DNA of 64,000 bases from Bugula neritina (GCA_964035545.1 OZ037766.1:22432767-22496766); one strand, 5' to 3'. Shown: positions 27,607 to 42,555, counted from the first letter of the stretch. Made by a program: numbers and translations. Notes: generated from the sequence alone by a model not told the origin.

Positions 27607-30600
27607 TTACAAATGCTCCATTATTAATTTGATGATTACTTCTGGATCAGGAAACTTCAACTTCCTTGGAGGACCCTTTTTGATACCAGACCAAACAGTA
27701 ACATCTAAAGACATAGAAGACAAAAACAGAGTTACAGGGTTTGTAATTAAAAAATACCTTAAACTTCATAATGTCTAAAAAATTTTATTTATGGCAAAAT
27801 ATATGTCAAGCTTTCATATTTCAACATATCACTTTACAACTATAAGATTTTCAGAAATTAAATTTTTTCTGTAATTACAGCCTATGTAAGAGTAATAAAA
27901 TGTTTGACTCAATTAAAATCTAGTGTGACTAGATAAGGGCAGTCAGTTCCGGAATAGACGGAATAGCTGAGCTCTCCGTATCTTACACATCAGAATACAT
28001 GTTGCCAGCAGCATGACTCTGTGTGGCAACTCAAACCTTTCAATTTGGACAATCATGTAAATTTGAAGAGGAACACACTTATAATGGAATAATGAGCAGC
28101 AACTTATAATACAGGTACATATTTTGAAAGAGAAACTGAACAGATGGAGCTTGAGCTTGGCCATGTTCTGTGACTTCTAGCTATTAGACCCAGAAATGTC
28201 ATCAAAATTCAGATGGCACCAAATTGCTCTCCTAATTGCAGCAACTAATTCTGTGTTAAAGTGTATGACACACAGGTATGCAGAGGTAAAGCTTTGATAT
28301 TGAAATAGTATGGGCATATTCACTAAAGTCAAGACTTCAAGTTTTATTGCCTTTTATTTACTGCACATCAAGTGATTTCACCATTTATTACCATGTCCAA
28401 AAATATTTTTTAGCATTACTGGGATCTATATCATCTTTTTACAACCCCCTTTCATTATTGAGATGCTCTAAAACAATGTTTATCAACATTAATATTACAA
28501 TTTTATCTATATAAGTTTCACAAGAAGCTTTTAAATAATATTATTTTTAAACTGACATAAATTAACAGATGGTGCAGAGAGAAGGTAATAACAACATTTT
28601 TCAGTTACAGCTTTGAGTAACATCAGTCTATTGAAGTTAGATGAACAAGTATAAGCATGCTGGGCTGATACAAAGATGTCAGGGAAACTAGCTAACCATA
28701 TCTAATGAGCAAGAAGATTTTACCTGTACCCTCAGATGTTTTCAGTGTGATTTCAAAGCTTTTGCCTCGAGGTTTAGTAACATTGAATAGGTTTTCCACC
28801 ATCTTGTCACCAAAGTGGGTTTGGAGAGCTCCAGCTAATTCGCGAGCTCTCTTCTTATACACGTGTCAACTGTTGCTGCAACAGGTATCAGCACACATGC
28901 ACAATAAATCAACATAATGTAAAACTAAGACTATAATATGATGATGCGTCTACAATATAAGCATATATCTAACAGTTTTCACATCATTATATTTTAAAAT
29001 ACTATATAAAAATATACGCCACAAAAAAACTGATTTTTACGAAAAATAAACCTCTTTACTATTATAGAAACTTGCGTTTTGTATAACACACCAGTGTTCA
29101 AAATATAAACTGAACGTTCCTTGCATAACCTCATCTTTAGTTGTGGTCTCTCCATCACTTGTCAACTACAATCAGTTATGTGAAAAGCTCGTTAAGACAG
29201 GACTGTTAAGTTATGCAGTATTAAAATATCCTGAAATACCTCAATCATGAGCTAAACATATTTTTAGAGTTGTCTCCTCAAGCAAACTACTACATTCACT
29301 CACCCCTAACTCGGAGCTGCTTATAGAACAATAGTCTAGAAGTAACCTCCCAAAAAGTGCTCAAAAAATTGGCTTATTACACTTTACTAGGTGGCCACTC
29401 AAAAAAAGTTGTTTCTAGATCAAAGTTTTGTGCTGATTCTGAATCTACAAACTCTAGAATTCTATCTCTACCCAAACTCAAGATATTGCAAAAAACAAAT
29501 CGGCATTTGTGAATTGTGCTAAATAGTATCCAATTTTATCAAGCTATCTTAAAGAAAAAATATTTGTTGAAATACCAAAAATAATTGCCTATTACTTAGA
29601 ATTCTATGCTGATACTGAATTTAAAGACTGCAAGAGGCTATCCCAAATTAAAACCAAGTTGTTTATATAAACATATATGTTTGTTATGAATCGACATGTA
29701 TTACATGAGGCATAAGCATGCAGAATAATCATGTATGACCAAGCTATTTATACAAAAATAAAAACAAAGTCATGCTGATGTGTGAAAAAACTATATTTAT
29801 AAAATTATAGTACAAAATAAATGTTGAAATGAATAAATATTGAAATCTTTTGAGCTCAGCCCAAGTGAACCATTTGCTATATAGTCTGTGGGTAGCCGTT
29901 AAACATCTGCAAAAATCAACAAGATTTTGTAAAATTATTTAGAGGAACAGAAGCATGAGAGATTATCAAAATCAAATTGGTTACAGCAAAATATATAACA
30001 AATGTCTAAAAATAGTGCTTTATTATGAAAAAGTATTCTCGTCACCATTGTCACTGCCATCAGTCTCATCAGCTTCTTCCCCAATATAGCCCTTCTTCTC
30101 AGACAATCTTTACATTGACAAACATCAGTGCATGCACTGCATTTGAGATTTCTGATATCCACATCTTGATATGTTGCAGCTGGTCTTACAGGAGCAGTTT
30201 AAACTTTGCAATATACATGTTCAGGTACGGAAGCTTGAATCATCCACTTTATATTTATGTTGCCATGATTCTCAACAATCTTTTCATAGTGTTCTGGGGG
30301 TAGTGCATCAATATAGGCTGTTGTCACTCTTTTCCAAATGGCTGCCTGATAATTTGCTCTTTTTACATGCAAATTTAATTCATCTTTTGTTGGAGGCAAA
30401 CTCTATTAAGTTATTTTAGACGGTGAACGAAATACAGTGTATCAGACATTATCTATATATGGATTTCCTGCTCCATAAAGCTTATAGACAAATTGTTCTA
30501 CTTCAGCCGCTGTAATGGCTTACAGCTTAAAATACTTCCCAAGGTGTTCAAAGTTTCTCATACATTATGGATATTTTCTCAAAAAAGAGTAGGCTGTGCG

Positions 30601-33239
30601 CTATCCTTTTCCATAAAAAGCACTATAGTCGAATAAAAACCTGTTAAAGCATGAAATCTACCAAGTGCTGCACACAACTGCGGTTTGAATTTATTTGCTG
30701 CAATGTTGACATCCAAATATCTAATATGATTATGGTTTCCTCCCAGATAGACGCTATTTTTATTTTGTTACCATATCTATTAATATTACCTATATAACTG
30801 ATGAATTGATTGCTAATATGCTAATAGCTATATGTAGCTAATACATATACTAATACTAATACTAATATAGTAATACATTAATAATAGAAGCTATCTTTAA
30901 TGGATACTTATTTGCAAAATATATTTTCAAACAACAGACAAGATGTATAAAATAATATACAAAATTAATAAGTTAATGCAAATCAAAAGAATTTATTTAT
31001 GTGCTAAATAACAAGCAATTGATCCAAGTTTATTTAAATATACATATATTTCAATAATATTAAAATAAGTTGCACATGAAAATACATTTTACCAAAACAA
31101 ATAACTAGCGTCTAAGTAGGAAATTTAGTTTAGCCTCTATCTGGCATGACACCATGATTACTACACCCGTGAAAAAGATTGGTAAGAAGGTAATGTTTTG
31201 CAAATAGCGAGACTTAGGATGAAAGATTGAGATTTGATTATTACACGTGAGATTATGATGTTCATAAGATATTTTGCATGTAACAAAGTTTGTGTATCTG
31301 CTTTCTCATGATCTAATTGTAAGCATTTGAGTTGTGCTTTCTTAGGAATTCCACCATGTTTGGTAAAATTGTAGCAAACGCAATTTTTTTTGGTATGCAT
31401 CAACTATAATAACAATATTATTGTTCTCTAAAATATTTTTACTCCATGTTTCACACAAAAATGCACCAGTCTCAAACTCAGCTTATTTTATTTGCTGATA
31501 AGAAATTATTATTTTTGTAACAAATGGCACACATGAAAAAAGTGCATGCCTATGATCTTTGAATGAGGCAGCCCAAGATCATTTTTCTAATGGGTGGTCT
31601 AAATATAACCATATATATTAAACATTATAGGAAAGCTTTAGGGTATTTCTTCTGTAATTATAACCGAGATAAATTGGCTCTATAGTCATTATATCAAGAT
31701 AGTATAAAAATATGCATTTTAACCAATAGCATTGTTTTAAAAACCAAATTGCTTATGTATATATATATAGTTCAGCCTGAATTTATTAGCAAAGCTCAAT
31801 TGTACACATTTAAAATATTATCTTCCGGAGTCCAGATCAACCAGCTCATGCTTCTCATTACTTTTTTGTAAAAGTAGTTATTATATAATAAAAATGGTGA
31901 AAAAAATCATTATCAGACACAGCTTTACTTATAATTCGCCTTTTTTTATAGCTGATCAATAATAATGTTTGCCTTATAACTAATAAACCCATTCCTTTGC
32001 TTGTTTTCGTCCAAATAATCCACTTTTTTCAGATTTTTTCACAAGAAAATCACTAGAAATAAACTCAGAGAAGTGAAAAACACATCTATGATTATCTGCA
32101 AAAGTTTTTGCTTGTATATATAATAAACTAGCTTCAATAATTTCAACATAATATTTATTGGATTTAGACAAAGTTGTGGGGAAACAACTCCTGTAACATT
32201 TAAAAGAGTTTTTGTGACTAACCGGGTGAACAGAAAAATTTGGAGTTTTTATAAAAGAAAAGTGAAAAAAGTATCTATAACTATTAGCAAATTTATTTTG
32301 CTTATATAAAATAAATTAGCTTGAATAATTCCAAATTATTTAGCTGATTCACAAAAACGTTAAGAGAAAACAACTCCTGATTAATTTTAAAAGTTTGAAG
32401 CGCTTTTGTGGCTAACTGGGTGCACAGAACAGTCTAGAGTTTTCACAGATTAATTAGGACCCTTCAAACTCTCTATTTCTAAAAAAATTGCGTGGCCACC
32501 CCTCGAAGTGTAATGAGTGAAAGATAATTGGAGGTTACTTCTAGACTACAATCCTTGATGATATTTTAGCTCAAAGATCTAGCCTTAAATAAGTATTAAG
32601 CCCTTGCTAAATTTCATTCCATGTCATTTCAACTGCTTAGATACACAAGCGTAGACCGTTTAAAAGCTTGAAACACAGGCTACACATAATGTTGGTAAGA
32701 AGACAAATACAACTACCCTGCTACAGATATTAATAGTCTAAGTCACCATCTGTTGACACATTTGCTATCATTTCAACCGTATCAAAACAGGATAATCAGG
32801 TTGCTGGAACTGATGGGTTATTGCATGAACAAAATTTACTGTAACATAAAATTCATTGTGTACACAACTATTAAGTTGTATTTTATTTGTAGCTGATTTT
32901 CATTACCTATCTTAATGCAGTATAAATCCTATTGGGCATGAGATTATTGAACTAGCATTTACTTGGAAGTTTAGCCATTAATTTTTTTGGTAAAGTTTGT
33001 TAATTTTTTCACCAACTCAATTACAGCCTTAAGAGTTTATCAGTAACAATCATATGCATAGAAACCATAAACTTTCAGATTACCACATCTACGGCCATTA
33101 CCTCTGATTTCATAAGCACATTTTCTTTAGAGTCAGATTGTTCCACTTTAGGGAGTGTTAGTTCTGTAGAAGATTTCTTTATCTCACTTTGTGGGACAAG
33201 ATGGTCAGTGTTAAGCTTGCGCTTTCTTCTAGGCGGCAT
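27607..33239 (-). CDS. SELENOH: Selenoprotein H (153 aa, Sec encoded by TGA at 28868-28866)
   Basis: Exons 33239-33102, 29165-29092, 28875-28724, 27704-27607, phase-consistent (462 nt). MPPRRKRK N-terminus, FEHCNS-U-HVY (CxxU), KPRGKSFEI and VWSGIKKGPPRKLKFPDPE are SelH hallmark motifs; a SECIS lies downstream. Probable 5' UTR intron 33662-33269. Confidence 0.95.
29332..32548 (-). mobile_element. Decayed Academ (AcademX-type) DNA transposon in SELENOH intron 1
   Basis: TIRs TAGTCTAGAAGTAACCTCC / GGAGGTTACTTCTAGACTA plus inner ATTACACTT..GGTGGCCAC match; CAA duplicated at 29329-31 and 32549-51. Broken minus-strand ORF with XPG-like motifs (DHEKADT, FHALTG..SAFYGKG, PPTKDELNLHVKRANYQAAIWK) and a Cys-rich CSCKTSC...CTDVCQCKDC finger. 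Confidence 0.8.
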
Positions 33240-33689
33240 TATAATGTATGAGTCATACAAGCCTTTAACTAAAGAATATTGCAGTCTAGTCATGGAAAAT
33301 TTTACACGAAGAGAAAAGCTTGTAATATATATATATATGGCTCAGTCCAGTTAATTTAGTACAAATTGATTTTGATGATGTTAGTTTATATTTTGGCTAT
33401 TTTAATAAAGTTAGAAATGTTTTATTTAATCATAATTAGTATTAAATGATGCATAACAGTCATAAAATTACTAAAATATTTAAATTTTAATAAAAAACTA
33501 TAATAAATTGTCAGTTATGACTCAACAAAGATGAGATATATAGGTAAATACTATGTGACATTCTTCATAAATAGAAATTATTTATCTTTCAGACTTGATA
33601 AGTTCTGCATTCTTCGGTCAAAATGAGTTTTGTTAATTTTAAATGAAAGGATAATTTGTTACCTTTCAAACAGTACTTTATTTACAGGG

Positions 33690-34100
33690 GTCACGCACAA
33701 ATATGTTAACGAAAATTGCGTCTAAGTTATGCAACTTTCGAATTTATCACCTCTCCGTGCGTTGTGTCGCCATTACTGCATTCATATTTATGGAGTTGTC
33801 CGTTCACAAAACTTTCCGCTCTCGAAAAACTACACGCAAATCTAACTAGTAGCTGAAAGTAAAATAACTAATTTTTGTTTGATGTTTTATTCAAGTTTCA
33901 TTTTTTAACAATAATTTTATAACTATTTTTAACTATACAATAAAATAATTTGAATCACCTTTCTTTCAACAAATGCAAGTTTTTGTTTCACAATGTAATT
34001 ATTCTAGAGGTTAGTGTCGCTGTTTGCCCGCGAAATATTAATTTTCACTTGACGAAAGTTAGTACTGAATTCTGTTCACACGAAGCTATCAGTTAAAAAC
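33690..34100. promoter_or_regulatory. CpG-enriched promoter region of SELENOH, possibly bidirectional
   Basis: CG cluster between a minus-strand donor at 33662 and a plus-strand donor-like CTG|GTAAGT at about 34170. Confidence 0.4.
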
Positions 34101-34271
34101 GTTTTGTAAAAGCATACATTCTATTTACCAAGGCTTTATTCTCTGCTGCAGAACTTTTGTTAAATACTGGTAAGTAGTTGTTTATTTTCACTATTGTGCC
34201 ATATTAATCATATGAACCTTGAAATTTAGTATTTATAGCCGTACTAGTTACTCGCTAGTATCAGACTAAGT

Positions 34272-34609
34272 AACCTATTACATTTACTCTATTAGTATTA
34301 GTAGTATTATATTAAAACTACAAGATTAAGTTACTTATTTAGTTATTATATCTAACTGTTCAGCTATCAACTGCGATAAATGTCAAACTTTTACAATTGT
34401 TAGTAATAATATAGCTTGCAGTCAATGTATTTATATAGTCGAAATGAAAACACCAACATCGATATGAAATTTTATAATATATTGCAACCTATTACATTTA
34501 CTCTATTAGTATTAGTAGTATTATATTAAAACTACAAGATTAAGTTACTTATTTAGTTATTATATCTAACTGTTCAGCTATCAACTGCGATAAATGTCAA
34601 ACTTTTACA

Positions 34610-34611
<2 letters not shown>
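34272..34611 (+). repeat. 126-bp perfect direct duplication (34272-34397 and 34486-34611)
   Basis: aacctattacatttactc...gtcaaacttttacaat occurs twice with an 88-bp spacer. Confidence 0.9.
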
Positions 34612-34947
<336 letters not shown>

Positions 34948-35565
34948 GAAAGCCAGAAAATATTAAAAGTTTGACTATGCAAGTGATTAAAATGACTCAA
35001 TTTCATTAAAAAATAGTTAATGCTTGTTTATGGCTTTGCAGCCAGTGCCATTTATTCATGTCAACAAAAAAGATCCTTCTACAGTTACCTCTGTTAGGAG
35101 AGCTGATGCAACAATATCAATAATATACATATTGTGGCTGTTTCATAGCTGTTTACAACTCCTCTCTGAATTCACTCAATATAATTACATTAGATGATAA
35201 CAGTTTTTACTATACTTTTGTAGATCGAAATGAATGCAGGCATATGAGAGACGAGGAAATAGAGAATCAACTGAATGTATACTGTTTTTTAGTACGAATT
35301 TTAGTATTTAAAAAAGAATAATGTATTTGTAAAAATAAAATAAATTAGCATACCAACAGAAAGGAAGGGCAACTTGAAATTATACAAAATTATTCTCAAA
35401 ACTTGTTACCTTCTGCTAATACATCCTAGCACATCAACTTTTTTTAAAATATGTCAATCTCAAGGATTTAAAAAACACCTAGTATAGCCTAAGAGGCAGA
35501 ATAATTTCAAAGCAATTGACCTATAAAGGAAAAAAACATATTGTTATATCACAGTGTTATATTTA

Positions 35566-35860
35566 ACAATAATCAGTTATCTCCCTTTAGTTTGAAAGAG
35601 AACACAACTTCAATTTAGATAAATTTAAATACAAAGTATGGTGCAGGTGTGGCCTGTGTGGTAATTATAAACAACATGATAAGTAGATAAGGGAGTATAT
35701 GGGCAGCAAAGAAAGTGTGCATATGGACAGATAGAATAGAGTGAACAGAGAGAGAGATAAAGTTTATGCACTGGAAGAAAAATTGTGAACAAAGAGATAA
35801 AAAAGAATGGATTAGAATGTGGTAGAGAGTGCTCAGCTCAGGATCATGACCAGGTGAATA
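35566..35860. mobile_element. Dispersed repeat, copy 1 (related to 44720-45075)
   Basis: Shared blocks aatcagttatc.cc.tt, aagaga.cacaactt, gtggcctgtg, gtgcatatgga.agata, gtgctca...caggatc. Confidence 0.6.
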
Positions 35861-36859
35861 CTCCAACCCTCACTCCCTCTAGAGGCTAAGACAAAAGCTG
35901 GAACCAAACTTGCAGCTAAGCAAAACATATTGATATTTCAATCCCGCAAGGCGACCATTACTTGGTAATTTCAATAACAAAAAACTTTTCAACTCCAACA
36001 TAATAAGATTTAAAGAAAATCCAGCCTTTGCTAACATACTAATTTCAGTGACAAGCCATTGATTTATCAAGCTATATATGTTACAATAATGAATAAATCG
36101 AGTACCCATACAATATTAAAATCAACAACATTACGTTAGATTTGTTCCTAAACTTTCAATCAACTAAAAAATTTCATTGGCATGGATAAAATAAAATTAA
36201 TGATAAATCAGGACTTGAAAATGTGTATTTATAGAGCTATTAGTATTAATAATAATTAATAAAGCATCACCTCTTATTATTAGTATTTATAGTAGTAGCT
36301 AATACTAGTATAAGTGCTGTGGTCCAGTTGAGCATAAAGGTGCATAAACATGTTGACATGATCATGATATACATATACATTATAGCCAATGCAGGTTTGT
36401 TTATTGGCTTTAAGTATATGATTCAAAATGATAATCATTATAGCCATGAAAATGTTAAACATTAAGCAAATGGAAAGTGAACTTTAAGTTTAACTTGAGG
36501 TAAGCTCAAATATAATTAATATTATAATTAATTTATTCAATTTTTCTATGTGTAATCGTTTCATTATCCCCTGAAGGATCTATGATCATCATTATTTAAA
36601 TCATTACAATGAATATAAAAATTCTAACCATTCACCATTGTAAATTACTTGAAGCTAAAGCGATAAAAGGAACAAAAATTGTTCATCTTCATCTTGACCT
36701 TTGTCTTGAAACGGCCACAGTGACTGAAAGTGAATAAGATACTCATATTGATATTTAATCTTATTTATTAAATTATTTTAATGAACGCTACATTAACAAT
36801 AACAATATTTATATCACAATAAAAAACGGCACTAAATAAGGAAAAAACTAGAGTTAGTA

Positions 36860-37680
36860 CAGGTACTACGACTTGATCCTAGTTACTGTTAGTACTACAC
36901 ACTGACTATCAAGTTATAGTTGCTGTTATACTTATAGTTATAGGTGCTAACACTAAAGCCATTCTAACTTTTACACTCTTACTCTAACTTTAAAGTAAAT
37001 TTGATTTAAAAATACTCTTACTTACAGTTACACTAGCTCAGTACTGAGTTCTACCAGTAGAGCAATAGTAGAACTAGTACTAGTACTAGTAGTACTACTA
37101 CGTCTACAGTATTTACTACTACTATTAGTAGTAATACTAGTTATAGTTACACTTATACTACTAATACTAATACTAATAATAATGGCAATAAATTAAAATA
37201 TAATTATGAATAATCGTCAGTGGCCTTAGGACTAGACGGGTAGACCCATTAGCCTTAGGCATTACTAACAACTACAAGTAACAGGTCTAGTCCTACTCCT
37301 AACGACGACGATTATTCATATTTTATAATCATAATGATTGCTATTAGTATTAGTATTAGTATTAGTATTACTATTAGTATTAGTATTACTATTAGACTTA
37401 GTATTAGCATAAGTGTTGCGGCTACCATTTTATATTTAAAAAAAAATTCATGAACATTGAAAATCCTACGTAATCGTACTACTAAGATTCTAAGAGTAAG
37501 TCTAAGACTATGCCTAATGGCTAATGTAAATTGTAATGGGCTATTGCCTATTGCCCATTATCATTATGATTACTGATTAGACTTAGTAGTACTACTGCTA
37601 CTACTACTAGTAGTACGACTAACTACTAGTAGTACTAGTACTAGACCTAGTGGCTAGTACTACTACTAGTACTATAAATA
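36860..37680. repeat. Low-complexity AGT/ACT-rich tract
   Basis: Dense tagtacta/agtatt/actact degenerate repeats. Confidence 0.7.
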
Positions 37681-37822
37681 ACTCAATTTAAGTGCAAGTC
37701 ATTTTATCCTGTTAGCTAAATAGAATATCGCTTAGTCTTCAACGAGTTCCATCTTAATTTTTAGCAAGCTGTTGTCATTGTGCGAGTGCACGTGCTTTTA
37801 AGATAGCCTTCAGAGCACTTTG

Positions 37823-38268
37823 GCTATAGCCAGTGTGGTATATTTAAGAGTGTTGCCATTAGCAAATCTTACGGAATCATATGGGCGCCATTATGCCGAG
37901 ATTGGTACCGCGAGTTTATATAAGTTATAAAGGAAAAATTTTGCCACTTCTGTTATTTTATTTTTTTTCTATTTTACGTGTACATTTTTTTTAATTTTTT
38001 TTATTGGTAAAGTTTTTAAACACATTTTTAATGCACATAAAATTAAAAGAAAAATTAAAACTCAATCATGCACATAAATACAAAGCTATAAAGTTAAAGC
38101 TTCGCTGTGATTTTAATGTGAATATGAATTGAATAATGCTTGCAATAACCATTATACACAAAATACGTTACAGTTGCTATAAATGTAAGACTAGTTAATT
38201 GGATGCAAATAGGCACGGTAATACTACTTAATTTATGCTATTTTTGAATTTTGTAGTAAATATTTGGC

Positions 38269-38359
<91 letters not shown>

Positions 38360-38584
38360 TTATATATATATAATATATAATATTATTATATGTATATATT
38401 TATATATTATATATAATATCATTATATATATATAATGTATATAATTTATTATATAATATAATAATATATTATATATGATATTATTATATATATATTATAA
38501 TATATAATATAATAATATATTATATATATTATATATGATATTATTATATATATGATATATATATAATATAATATATAATATAAT

Positions 38585-38625
<41 letters not shown>

Positions 38626-38847
38626 GATATTATTATATATATATAATATATTAATGTATAATATATTATTATAATATATATATATATCATATATAATATA
38701 ATATATAATATAATAATATATTATATATGATATTATATATATATAATATAATATATAATATAATAATATATAATATATTATTAAAATATATATATATATA
38801 TTATTATAATATATATATATATATTATATATAATATTATTATACTTG

Positions 38848-38885
<38 letters not shown>

Positions 38886-39251
38886 ATATAATATATAATA
38901 TATAATAATATATAATATATTATTATAATATATATATATTATATATAATATTATTATACTTGTATAATATATATATATAATAATATAATATATAATATAT
39001 AATAATATGTAATATATTATTATAATATATATATATATATATATATTTTGTAAATAATATAATATAATAATATATTTTATATGATATTATATATATATAA
39101 TATATATATAATATAATATATAATATAATAATATATTATATTATTATATTATATAATATATTATAATATATATATATTATATATAATATTATTATACTTA
39201 TATAATATATATATAATATAACAATTATAATATAAAAATATATAATATATT

Positions 39252-39338
<87 letters not shown>

Positions 39339-39497
39339 GTATGCTGATTGTCAATCTAGTTGGAGTTCCAGCAAAGTAAAGTGCTCGATATCACGGGTGA
39401 CAGAGCTAATATAATGTAGTGTGTTCAGATTGTTAATGATACATATATATTTTATTTAAAAAATCTTACACGACTATATAGTTTCGTGCATATTATA

Positions 39498-39541
<44 letters not shown>

Positions 39542-39974
39542 CATGCCGAATATTTACTACAAATTTCAAAAATAGCATAAATTAAATAGTATTACCGTGC
39601 CTATTTGCATCCAATTTACTAGTCTTACATTTATAGCAACTGTAACGTATTTTGTGTAAAATGGTTATTGCAAGCATTATTCAATTCATATTCACATTGT
39701 AATCACAGCGAAGCTTAAACTTTATAGCTTTGTATTTACGTGCATGATTAAGTTTTAATTTTTTTTTAAATTTTATATGCATTGAAAATATGTTTAAAAA
39801 CTTTACCAATAAACAAAACTAAAAAAATGGACACATAATATAAAAAGAAAAAAAAATCACAAAAGTGGCAAAATTTTTCCTTTATAACTTATATAAACTT
39901 GCGGTACCATTAGCGACATAATGATTTTTCATGGTTTAAAGTCAACACTCTTAATATACCACACTGGCTATAGC
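37823..39974. mobile_element. Foldback-like element: about 450-bp inverted arms around a TA-rich core
   Basis: 37823-38272 (gctatagccagtgtggtatatt...gtagtaaatatttggcatgta) is the reverse complement of about 39540-39974; the core is about 1.25 kb of TA/TAA satellite. Confidence 0.85.
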
Positions 39975-41184
39975 TGCAGATGGAGCGGCTTTCTAGACGG
40001 ATCGCTAGCGAAAACGTAGCTCGTGCAACAAAATATGGCTATTTTGCGCGGGTTCCTGAAAACTTGCTGGAAACAACGATGAACTCAAATATTGTCTTTT
40101 CCAGTTCAATGGGAAACAGCACCAAGTTCGTGGTCACTGAGTGCATTGGTTTGGGGTCTCCAACCGTGTCTATACAAATTCTCACCCCCCAACTTAGTGC
40201 TGCTTCTAGCAATACCCTATAAACACGCTGGAAGAATAGAATTGCTTTATAGCCTAAGCAGCTTCGAGTCGGGTGAACTAAGTGCAGTAATTTAAGATTC
40301 TCAAGTTTGGAGTTAGGTCCCCAAACTCCAACTTGAGAGCCCCAACCTACTGCATTCATTCACCACAAAGTTGGAGCTGCTTATAGAACAATTCGATCAA
40401 AAAGCTTCATTTTAATGATATCTAATATTTTAAACTATCATAAGAAATCGAGTGCATAACCAACACACCTTAGGCACTTACGTATAAAGAACATTAGCTA
40501 TTTTGTTAAATTTGAGATGTTAGCATAGAACTTTTTATTGATTATTCATTTGATAAAATGAAAGTTTGCTGTCTAGCAAGATATGTCAGTTCAGGAAGAA
40601 CCCAGTATATGTATTTTAATTTTGTAGAGTAAATGCTGCACAGTGACATATAATACATAACATATTTATTTAATATTTGTAGCACTATATTGTAATAAAT
40701 AATAGTATAATGATAAGATGCATGTATGTAGGATGAAAGTCATGAATTCATTGGGTTGGCATAGTAACTACAATATAGTTGAGGTGATTTTTCTTAGGTG
40801 AGCCCTCCCCTTTTTGGATTGCACTGGTATTATTGGCTAATAGAAAGTGTCTATAAACTCTACGCTATAAGTAGCACTGGTGGTGAAAAAAATTTGGACG
40901 TGGATTGCTAAGTCACAAGTGTGTCAGCAACACACCTGAATGATATGATGATGTGTAGCATTTCTGCTGATGGTGTGGAAGATTGCCTAGAATGTAATAC
41001 TATGGAATTGGTATGAAAGGTAAAATTAATCATATTGGTTATATAGTATATTGTATACTTGTGACATATAATATTAACTTATCACAGAAACTCACAGACT
41101 ATACAAATCGAAGCTATTTGGACGATATATTATAGTAACTTGTGGGTTATTGAATGAAATCAAGCAGAAAACATTATAACTCCT

Positions 41185-41443
41185 TGTTATAGAAGAGACA
41201 AGAGAGGGTGTTGAAATCGTGTGTACAGTAGCCTTTATTGTTGTCTTGATCCTTCCAGTCCCAGCTCCTGTCCTCAAGTGACTGAAGCTCGAAAAATGGG
41301 CGTCTTTTTATACTAGCCAGACATTGGACTTCTAGAACCTTTGACCGATAGTGGGTAGGGTATGGCAACACTGACCATGTCTGTAACCGACAGACCGAAT
41401 GTCAGCATCTACTTGCCGAACTCGGTCAGACTGTCGGTTTACA
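41185..41443 (-). mobile_element. Possible solo LTR fragment
   Basis: Minus strand reads TGT...TATAAAAAG...AATAAA...ACA with an internal hairpin (accgacag/ctgtcggt); no TSD found. Confidence 0.3.
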
Positions 41444-42555
41444 TGAATCAGCAAAAATGAACCCAACCAAGTGTATGTGTATTGTAACTTGTAATTGGGA
41501 GAAAGGGATTAATTATTTACTATGCTAAAAGCTTAACAATAGCAATAGTATTTAAACTATTAGAAAGTTACGCCACAGACTTAGCTATAACTACAGTATT
41601 TAGAAAAATAGCCACAAGTAATGTGTCAAGGGGGATAACTCTGATAATTACCACGATATAACTGCGATAATTGCGCAAAAAATGTTTGCACATCATTAAT
41701 ACACCGGCCAATATTTGACAAAAGAAAGGTTTTGGCTATAGATTTTGCAAATTGATACAGTGCGCACTGCTGTTATTGGTGCATGGCATGAGGTTTATAC
41801 AGACATTCTGATGTCTGTAATATTACATTGAATTTGAGCTTTTTAGCTTTCTGCGGGAACACTTTTGCATAAGCTGACAAGAAAAAAAAAGTAATATGCA
41901 TATTATATATTATACTTTCGTATAAACATACAGACTACATATTTACTGTGTTTCCATTAAGCTTCCAATGGATCTATACAAGATGGATTTGTGGTCGCAG
42001 TTTGCATTAACTTATGGTTGTGGTTTCATTCACTGCAACTGTTCCCGAAACATATCAGATGAAAAGCTCATTCGCATTATAATTCGAAGCAATGGAAGCC
42101 CAGTGTGTATGCAATAATGTAAAAATATATGTAATTGAAAACATTCTATCACATAGATACAACATGTGGACAGTGACTGATATGTCTATCATTCTACATA
42201 TATAGCCTTAGACCTACGTTTTGTGCCACCACGTTTTAGTGTAGTTTTGTCCCATGAATTATAACCTACAAGATCTAAAATGAACCGAAGTGTTGCCTTC
42301 AGCAGTCCGTGTTTGCTTTCTTTAACATCGCTTGGAACTGTGGGCTAATTGAAAACTTTCCTATCCAGCCCAGCATCAATGCTAATATACTCAAAGCCTT
42401 TTAATAATTACTGTTAGACTTGCAGTTATAAACGAAACACATGGTGTTAGTTAGTGGTAATTTGAGCTGGGAAATAAAAATCTTACAATAGAGATACATT
42501 CTAGAATCTAGTCTAGTAGAAAAAATAGGGAAGAGAGTAGAGAAAGATGCATGAT

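Noticed and set aside
27881-28290. Coding-looking plus-strand stretch in SELENOH intron 3
   Set aside because: Multiple stops and no recognisable motif.
39980-40359. Overlapping 67-106 aa ORFs in a GC-richer block
   Set aside because: No recognisable domain; its end recurs at 29290-29331, so it is more likely a repeat.
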